Sequence record: MK308676.1
DNA length: 64,000 nt
Direction: 5' to 3' (one strand)
The position numbers and the translations under genes are program-made. The notes beneath the pieces were generated by a model. It was not told where the DNA came from, searched no databases, and worked only from the letters and a program-made list of their open reading frames with translations. The number at the start of each line of letters is the position of its first letter. Positions within the stretch are counted from its first letter, which is position 1. Shown in pieces: positions 57,958 through 64,000 of the stretch.

Positions 57958-58066
57958 TTTCTTTTCCTAATGGATTTTAAGAGGTAGTTAATAAAGTTTA
58001 AGTAGATTGTATCAAGATACATCGATAAAAGGCTCTGTGTGCGTTACAGAGCCTTTAGGCAAGTAT

Positions 58067-58861
58067 CTAAGCTAACTTGTTCACGTCGATATTCCATTTG
58101 CGGAAACGCTCAGGGTTATCGGTGTTCCAAGGAATCTCTCCACCTAGTATGCCCCAGATGACTCCGTTGGGTAGTCCGAAGAACGGATGGTCTCTCGGTA
58201 AGTCACAGCGTTTAGCGTCCGGATGGTTGATTGGGCTAGCTTGTTCGTCTTCGTTCGCAACACCGAACAGGAAGTAGCTATCTACCGACCCTTCGAAGTG
58301 ACCGTCTGGATTCTTACCTATTGCTGAAGCTCGAGGTATGTATGCGGACGGTTGAATGTTTACGATGATGGTTGCGTCATCTAAGTGAGTAACCAATAAG
58401 CCGCGTCCGACTTCTAGGTTCTGTCCTTTAGGGATAACGCTGTCCAAATCCCAACGAGTGAACTCTTGGTATGTAGGGTGGCACATCGCTTCTTCTACAC
58501 GGTTACGTGCAGCCATCTTGCGAGCTTGACGCTCAGAACGAGGACGCAGTTGGATAACTGGCGACTCGGATGCTCTCTGAGGTTTAACCTCTCGAACATA
58601 AGGTTTCGTATTAAGGTTAGGGTTAGCGTCGACTTTAGGTTGGTCGTAGCGAGGACGGCTAGGTACTTCTACAACTTTCTCTTGGACAACAACTTTCTCT
58701 ACCTCTACGATTTTAGGTTCTACTGGGTCAACCGCTATTTGTAGCGTCTCGACACGAGCCCACGCAGACGGCTCAAAGAAACCTAAGGAAAGGATTACTA
58801 ACAGTGCAGTTGCAAAGTTAGCAATAGCCTTGCCCAAGCGCGTAAAGATATTACTTAACAT
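58067..58861 (-). CDS. Exported or membrane-anchored protein
   Basis: Signal-like N-terminus, Pro/Val-rich linker. Confidence 0.65.
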   Translation of the reverse strand: MLSNIFTRLGKAIANFATALLVILSLGFFEPSAWARVETLQIAVDPVEPKIVEVEKVVVQEKVVEVPSRPRYDQPKVDANPNLNTKPYVREVKPQRASESPVIQLRPRSERQARKMAARNRVEEAMCHPTYQEFTRWDLDSVIPKGQNLEVGRGLLVTHLDDATIIVNIQPSAYIPRASAIGKNPDGHFEGSVDSYFLFGVANEDEQASPINHPDAKRCDLPRDHPFFGLPNGVIWGILGGEIPWNTDNPERFRKWNIDVNKLA

Positions 58862-58882
58862 AAAAGTATTCCTTATAAGTGG

Positions 58883-58932
58883 GCTAACGCCAGAGGAGTG
58901 CCCTCGTTAGAAGACACTCGAGTTGCGTTAGC
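58883..58932 (-). repeat. 50-nt structured repeat, copy 1 (RNase III-style hairpin C)
   Basis: 49/50 identical to 60237..60286. Confidence 0.8.
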
Positions 58933-59513
58933 TAGGTATGAAGAACGGCGTCTATGTACATTCTGTGTTCTTGGAAATAGGTAAAACCTTGCGTTTCCAG
59001 ACACAGTAGGCCGTCACGTAGGCCGTCAGCGATGAACTTTACAAGCTCGCTATCGCTGTCGCTTACTGAGAAAGTTTCACGTGCAAGAATGTCTTCGGTA
59101 GACTTTAGTAAGTCCTCCGCGGACAGCCGTACTCGGTCAATGGCATCGTTCAGGCGGACCATGTCCTTACGCGACAGTCTTTTAGAAACCCATTCGGTAA
59201 AAGCCAAACGGCCACCTAGATAGCAAAGGCCAAGACCGATGCCGACCACCGCCAGCCATGCGTTCGCGCCGAACGCAGCGCCTTTAAGGAAGGCAGTTAG
59301 CTTGGCAAAACCCGATGCCTTGGCAGCGGATGCGGCGAGACCGCCACTAACGGCACTAGCGCCGGCAAAGCCAGCCAGAAAGGTATCTACAAAGACAATG
59401 TTGTTCTTAAAGCGACATCTCTCAGAGAAGAACTCCATTACGCTGGATTTGGTTTCGGCGGTCTTGATGGCGTACGCTATTTTGTTAAGCGTCAGTATGT
59501 CTTTCTTGTTCAT
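58932..59513 (-). CDS. Hypothetical protein with Gly/Ala-rich hydrophobic (glycine-zipper-like) segments
   Basis: FLAGFAGASAVSGGLAASAA. Confidence 0.6.
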   Translation of the reverse strand: MNKKDILTLNKIAYAIKTAETKSSVMEFFSERCRFKNNIVFVDTFLAGFAGASAVSGGLAASAAKASGFAKLTAFLKGAAFGANAWLAVVGIGLGLCYLGGRLAFTEWVSKRLSRKDMVRLNDAIDRVRLSAEDLLKSTEDILARETFSVSDSDSELVKFIADGLRDGLLCLETQGFTYFQEHRMYIDAVLHT

Positions 59514-59763
59514 TTTTTCTTTCCTTTATAAAGTCAATAATGGTAGATTCTTCGGGCTTGTTCTTATACACCCAAAGTAAGAGCATGTCTAGTTCTTTCC
59601 AAGGTTGGCCGTGTGGCTCCAGCCGACTCACCCCATGTGTTTTATGCCCGCTGATGGTAAGTAAGGTCTCTGCGAGTTTTTGGAAGTTTCTTTTATTTTC
59701 GACCACCACTCCGGCAAGCTTCCCGCCGCCATAGAGCGCTACGAGTATCAGAATCGCTGGCAT
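59485..59763 (-). CDS. Small hypothetical membrane protein
   Basis: 92 aa, hydrophobic N-terminus. Confidence 0.5.
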   Translation of the reverse strand: MPAILILVALYGGGKLAGVVVENKRNFQKLAETLLTISGHKTHGVSRLEPHGQPWKELDMLLLWVYKNKPEESTIIDFIKERKNEQERHTDA

Positions 59764-60215
59764 GGTTTACCTCCGGCACGGACCATATACTCGTGAGCCA
59801 AAGGACTACCTTGGTTCTCTTTAAAAGTAAACGGAACAAAATCGGGCTGAGTAAGCTCTATTTCGCCCGAGTGCTCCTCGATGGTTACCGTGAGCCCATT
59901 CATGGCGGCACGGACAACGCCCATCTCCCACGCGTACCATGCGAAGATAGAAGCATGCTCTAAATTTCTCTTAGTTCCTTCTTTGCCCCAAAGTTCAAAA
60001 TAGCGCTTTAGGTCGTAAGGCTTAGAAAAATCAAACATGAAGTCGATGTCTCGGCGGGTATATCCTTCCTCCAAGGCCTCTAACATGAAAGGACTAATGT
60101 CAAACGAGATAATCGCTTGACGTTCGTATGGTGGAATTCCAAACAGGAAAGAAACGACATAAGCGTAAAGCGTAAAGAACACTTTAACTGCGAAAGATTT
60201 AATATTAGAAAACAT
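59748..60215 (-). CDS. Early membrane-associated protein (MFSNIK)
   Basis: Strong RBS, hydrophobic N-terminus. Confidence 0.6.
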   Translation of the reverse strand: MFSNIKSFAVKVFFTLYAYVVSFLFGIPPYERQAIISFDISPFMLEALEEGYTRRDIDFMFDFSKPYDLKRYFELWGKEGTKRNLEHASIFAWYAWEMGVVRAAMNGLTVTIEEHSGEIELTQPDFVPFTFKENQGSPLAHEYMVRAGGKPCQRF

Positions 60216-60236
60216 AATAGTATTCCTTATTCTGAG

Positions 60237-60286
60237 GCTAACGCCAGAGGAGTGCCCTCGCTAGAAGACACTCGAGTTGCGTTAGC
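60237..60286 (-). repeat. 50-nt structured repeat, copy 2 (hairpin D)
   Basis: Single difference falls in the tetraloop (UAAC vs UAGC). Confidence 0.8.
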
Positions 60287-60333
60287 TAACAATAGAGAAC
60301 TCATCCTAGGCGTCCCCAGGATGAGTTAATGTG

Positions 60334-60633
60334 TTAGGCTTGTGCTTCGTCGCTAGCTTCTACTTGAGCGTTAACGTCGTCAGCTAGGTCGTGTTTCTCA
60401 GCTACAACAGGAGCTTCTACTGTAGACATGTCGTTAGTAGACTCAGTAGCAGGAACAGACTCTTCAATCTGCTCCATGACTTCTTCAGCTTCAGCCGAAC
60501 CGATTTCAGTGAATGTTGCACAAACGAAAGTAACAAGAGCGAATGCCGCAGCAGCCCAAGTCTTAGGTGAAGTTAGGAAAGCCCAAGTTGCTTTAGCAGC
60601 ATTAACGATAGCGTTTTTGATAGTAGTAAACAT
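60334..60633 (-). CDS. Early single-pass protein with acidic tail (MFTTIK)
   Basis: Strong RBS and codon bias. Confidence 0.65.
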   Translation of the reverse strand: MFTTIKNAIVNAAKATWAFLTSPKTWAAAAFALVTFVCATFTEIGSAEAEEVMEQIEESVPATESTNDMSTVEAPVVAEKHDLADDVNAQVEASDEAQA

Positions 60634-60690
60634 AACGATGTTTCCTTATTTAAATGATTTCGAATTAGGTTTTAAGAATAGCGACTTAGA

Positions 60691-60888
60691 TTAAGCTGCC
60701 GCTGAAGCTTCGTCAGACTTACCGAATGGGTTAAGGCCAGACAGTTTCGCACCTAGTGCAGAGAACTTCTCTTTAGCAGAAGCTTTAACAGTTTGGAACT
60801 TAGCTTTAGCTTTAGTAGCTAGAGAAGATACAGCTGTTTTGATTGAAGCGAAACGAGTAGAGATTGAAGTTTTTACATTAGCGAACAT
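60691..60888 (-). CDS. Early Lys/Ala-rich amphipathic protein (MFANVK)
   Basis: AGGAG RBS, codon bias. Confidence 0.65.
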   Translation of the reverse strand: MFANVKTSISTRFASIKTAVSSLATKAKAKFQTVKASAKEKFSALGAKLSGLNPFGKSDEASAAA

Positions 60889-60957
60889 AATAGTTCTCCT
60901 GATTTGATTTAGTTAAATGAAAGATGCAGGAAGAGAGTCCTGCGGCTCGTAATTGAG

Positions 60958-61257
60958 TTAAGCTTTTGGAGTGCCGTCTTCGTTGTACTTGTCGAAGATA
61001 GCTTCTACGAAAGCAATGATGAACCCGTATGCCGCAAGTGTAGAGAATAGCACTACGAAGAATGCAATAGTCGGTAGACCGCCTAGTTCAATAGCAGTTG
61101 CTAGAGCAAGAGCAGCAACCCAGCCAAGCATGGTCAGCAATACGCCAGCGATGAATTTACCGAAGCGTGTTAGATGTGCCCAGAAACCTTCACCTTCAAC
61201 GTCGTTGAAAAGGTGGCCAGAGATATTTGCGAAAGTAAGTTGAATAGTTGCGAACAT
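60958..61257 (-). CDS. Early 2-TM protein (MFATIQ)
   Basis: AGGAG RBS. Confidence 0.65.
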   Translation of the reverse strand: MFATIQLTFANISGHLFNDVEGEGFWAHLTRFGKFIAGVLLTMLGWVAALALATAIELGGLPTIAFFVVLFSTLAAYGFIIAFVEAIFDKYNEDGTPKA

Positions 61258-61336
61258 GATAGTTCTCCTTATGAGATAGAAAGTTATTTTGTGTTAAAAG
61301 CGGATTGACTATGTAGTACTAAGAATTTCTTGAAAG

Positions 61337-61705
61337 TTAAGCAAACGTTTTAGTTGCTACAACTCCAACCTTCTTAGCCTTACGAGCTTCCTCAGCTTTG
61401 TTACCGCCAGCATAGATGCACATGCTGTAGTGCTTAGGATTTTGTGGGTTAGCCGCTGCTTTACACTCGATAACGAATAGAGAGTAAAACACGATAGCTG
61501 ACATTTCAGGTACGCCGACTACTAGACCCAGGATGATAAGACCAACTGCAAGTAGTTCGCAGAGGCCAGCAAAGATAACAAGAATTTGACGACCAGTCTC
61601 AGATTCAGTGAACCATTCGATGATGTCAAGTACAAGAGTAAAGATACCCATTACTTTAGAGCGCACAGAAATGAACGCATTTGAAATTAGTGCTAACATA
61701 GTCAA
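61337..61705 (-). CDS. Early 2-TM protein
   Basis: AAGGA RBS. Confidence 0.65.
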   Translation of the reverse strand: MTMLALISNAFISVRSKVMGIFTLVLDIIEWFTESETGRQILVIFAGLCELLAVGLIILGLVVGVPEMSAIVFYSLFVIECKAAANPQNPKHYSMCIYAGGNKAEEARKAKKVGVVATKTFA

Positions 61706-61738
61706 TGTCCTTAATGATAGAAAGTTAATTACACGAGG

Positions 61739-61749
61739 GCAATATAGGT
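61739..61749 (-). promoter_or_regulatory. Early-promoter-like ACCTATATTGC
   Basis: Recurrent motif. Confidence 0.6.
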
Positions 61750-61757
61750 TTTAATAA

Positions 61758-62027
61758 TTATGCAGCTTTTGCACAATCGTCAAAGAAGTAAATCGGTTTA
61801 GCCATAATGCGTGCTTTAGCGTGAGCTGAAGTGTAAACATCTTTAAGGCGAGCTGGTGCAAAGAAAACTTCTTCCCATAGACGTGGATTGAAGTAAAGCA
61901 CAAGTAAAGCGATTGGTGAAACGACAGAAAGGATTGCCGATAGGAAAGCAAGCACTTCTAGTACAAAGCTGCCAACGTAGTAAAGTGGACGGTTAGCAAG
62001 TACAATGTTTTTAGTTTTAGCGAACAT
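61758..62027 (-). CDS. Early membrane protein (MFAKTK)
   Basis: AGGAG RBS. Confidence 0.65.
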   Translation of the reverse strand: MFAKTKNIVLANRPLYYVGSFVLEVLAFLSAILSVVSPIALLVLYFNPRLWEEVFFAPARLKDVYTSAHAKARIMAKPIYFFDDCAKAA

Positions 62028-62060
62028 AGCAGTTCTCCTTTATGCCAAAAGAAAATTATA

Positions 62061-62098
62061 CATACCCCTATCTGCTCGAGCAGATAGGAGGGGGTATG
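62061..62098. terminator. Long hairpin with a perfect 22-bp palindromic core
   Basis: CCTATCTGCTCGAGCAGATAGG at 62067-62088. Confidence 0.5.
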
Positions 62099-62132
62099 TT
62101 TAAAGGATTAATATAAGAGTGAGAGCATAAAG

Positions 62133-62150
62133 ATAATATGGGTTTTACTT
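62133..62150 (-). promoter_or_regulatory. Early-promoter-like AAGTAAAACCCATATTAT
   Basis: Variant of the recurrent motif. Confidence 0.5.
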
Positions 62151-62209
62151 TTTCTTGAAAACGTGAAATAGGTAAGGATACGAGCCGAAGCCCGTATCCC
62201 TTTTATGCG

Positions 62210-62560
62210 CTAGGCCACAAAGTAGGCAAATACAACAGCCACTATCCCGAGGAATAACTGAAGACCTACAAATGTTGTCTTAACTTCTTCTTTCACCAGA
62301 GCATGTTTCAGGAAACTACCCCGAGGTCGCTTGAAGGTAACTGAGTTACCATTGGCACCGTAGTAGTGTTCGATGTTACATGCGTCGCACATAACCTTAC
62401 GGATAAATGCAACAGGCTTAGGCGCCTTAACGTTAGTGAAGTCAGAAAAAGCTTTTTGTAGTCCCCAGATAAGAAGAGCCGCAAAAGCTAGGATAAGAAT
62501 AGAGTACATGGTAATTGCCTCCGTAGTGTGATTACCAGAATGTTGAACTACGTGGGTCAA
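62210..62560 (-). CDS. Small membrane protein (TM segments at both ends)
   Basis: Likely start MYSIL after GGAGG. Confidence 0.6.
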   Translation of the reverse strand: MTHVVQHSGNHTTEAITMYSILILAFAALLIWGLQKAFSDFTNVKAPKPVAFIRKVMCDACNIEHYYGANGNSVTFKRPRGSFLKHALVKEEVKTTFVGLQLFLGIVAVVFAYFVA

Positions 62561-63338
62561 TCAATTGAACTTTCTCCCAGCCCATGGCAGAGCGAATCAT
62601 AGTTGAAGTAACTAAGTCATCTCCTTCCATGCCGATGCCGTCGAGTAGTTTGGCTTCCTGCTCAGATTTAAATAGAGCAGCCTCACTGATAGCGATAGGT
62701 TCATCTTTGTCAGGTGTCCAGATGCCTTCGTTAGAAGCATCGATACCTTCCATAGATGGCGTATCCCATTTGTTTGCTACAGCAATACCGCCATGGTTCA
62801 CTTGGTCCCACGTAACGATTAGTTTGATACGTTTATTTGGAACGCCGCCTTCATAAGTAGTAGGGTGCGTTAGAGTACGTATCGAGAAGTCGACATTCTC
62901 TTCTGGATTGTCAAACTTCTTCTCTAGTTGAGGACCATATAAGCCAGAGCCCTTAACCCAACCGAACACTTTAATAATGCGATTGCCTTTATCGTCTTTA
63001 CCTTCTTCTAGTCGTACTGACTTGATGTGGTGACCAACGAGTTCATTTGCAACGCGACCTACACGACTAACGAACATGCCGAAAGTCATACCAGGAACAG
63101 GATAAGGGTGTTCAACCTCACCGTGTAGTTTACCGTTAGCGATTTGTTGCATTAGTCGAGAGCTAGGAGAGAACATAGCTTCAAGTTCTTTAGTGAAGCG
63201 GTAGAACTCGCCTTTCTCAGACATGCAGTTAAATGCACCTAAACAGATTTCACGATAACCATTGGCATCAATGGCCATCTTGCCAACTTTGTTGCGTGTC
63301 TGCAACACAGTGCTTTCATATAGAGCGATAGTAGACAT
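62532..63338 (-). CDS. Prohead (head maturation) serine protease, phiKZ gp175-like
   Basis: HGEVEHP (His), DFSIRT (Ser), TWDQVNHGG (Asp); 268 aa. Confidence 0.8.
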   Translation of the reverse strand: MSTIALYESTVLQTRNKVGKMAIDANGYREICLGAFNCMSEKGEFYRFTKELEAMFSPSSRLMQQIANGKLHGEVEHPYPVPGMTFGMFVSRVGRVANELVGHHIKSVRLEEGKDDKGNRIIKVFGWVKGSGLYGPQLEKKFDNPEENVDFSIRTLTHPTTYEGGVPNKRIKLIVTWDQVNHGGIAVANKWDTPSMEGIDASNEGIWTPDKDEPIAISEAALFKSEQEAKLLDGIGMEGDDLVTSTMIRSAMGWEKVQLIDPRSSTFW

Positions 63339-63341
63339 TGT

Positions 63342-63995
63342 TTACAACCTCAACAGCGATTCTATTTCTTCTGTGGTCTCACTTGGGTTCACTAGGGAAG
63401 ATGCGATACCTGTTTTAAGGTACGAGCCCAATAAGCGAGACGCTGTATTATCAGCACCGAACGCGACACTTCGCAGTGGGATAATGTCAACTTCGGCGTT
63501 GTCGTAATCTTCTTGTGTAGCGAAACCTTCGCGTGCCGGAATAGAGCGGTCTGCCGGGTCACGAATACAAGAAGAGGCAAAGATAGATTGTAGGGACTGA
63601 CCACCACCCAAGTCTACACCTGCAAACTTAGGAGCAGAATAAAACAGTTCAGCGCGAGCACGGTGACCGATATACCAAGGCTGTTTGCCTTTAGCAACGA
63701 TTTCATCGTATACTTCGAACACTAATGTCTTCTTCTGTGCCAAACGATAGTTAGGACAGATAACGCTACCTTTAGTCCAGCTAAGAACATAGTAGCTACC
63801 TTCCTTGACTTTCACGACGCCTACTTCTTCAGGAGTAAAAGGCATGATAGCGTGCACGCGACTTAATGCGTAAGAGCCACCAACAATCCAACCTACGAAA
63901 CAGGCGGCATTGTAACGGCCGTCAATAGTGCCTAACTTACCGTTGAAGTAGTGCTCTGGAATGTGAAGTGAGATATCTTCTTTAGCAATCAGCAT
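63342..63995 (-). CDS. Conserved virion or head-module protein adjacent to the protease
   Basis: 217 aa, synteny. Confidence 0.5.
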   Translation of the reverse strand: MLIAKEDISLHIPEHYFNGKLGTIDGRYNAACFVGWIVGGSYALSRVHAIMPFTPEEVGVVKVKEGSYYVLSWTKGSVICPNYRLAQKKTLVFEVYDEIVAKGKQPWYIGHRARAELFYSAPKFAGVDLGGGQSLQSIFASSCIRDPADRSIPAREGFATQEDYDNAEVDIIPLRSVAFGADNTASRLLGSYLKTGIASSLVNPSETTEEIESLLRL

Positions 63996-64000
63996 GTGGT

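Noticed and set aside
60910-60960. AACUC-containing hairpin that might be another RNase III-style site
   Set aside because: Upper and lower stems do not fit the A-D architecture
1407-63607. Numerous 60-135-aa ORFs antisense to or nested in long genes (e.g. 1686..2039, 12794..13126, 14659..15015, 35564..35905)
   Set aside because: They lie opposite well-supported CDSs, lack RBSs and have atypical composition
1-64000. tRNA, rRNA, tmRNA, CRISPR arrays, PhuZ tubulin
   Set aside because: No T-loop/acceptor-stem patterns, repeat-spacer arrays or tubulin GGGTGSG motif were seen in this window

Overview
A 64-kb segment of a phiKZ-like, nucleus-forming jumbo phage (Chimalliviridae-type). Leu-CTA-rich codon bias in highly expressed genes hints at a Vibrionaceae host (inference). 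Most genes are on the minus strand. Left part is the core replication/transcription block: partial nvRNAP gp68-like subunit, SbcD-like nuclease, nvRNAP beta' N-part split by a group I intron exactly inside the catalytic NADFD|GD motif (HNH endonuclease in the P1 loop), an oligoribonuclease-like exonuclease, chimallin, a free-standing zinc-ribbon endonuclease and a family-B DNA polymerase. The middle (21.7-43.7 kb) is accessory and includes a 9-gene array of diverged paralogs and degenerate HNH, macro-like and tail-anchored proteins. The right part has terminase, virion proteins, tail sheath and tube, an early small-gene island and the prohead protease. Non-coding signals: about 12 copies of a phiKZ-type early promoter, T7-like RNase III-style hairpins before RBSs, and structured intergenic RNA candidates. 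phiKZ gene-number equivalences come from recalled synteny and motifs, not from a database search. No tRNA, rRNA or CRISPR array was seen.
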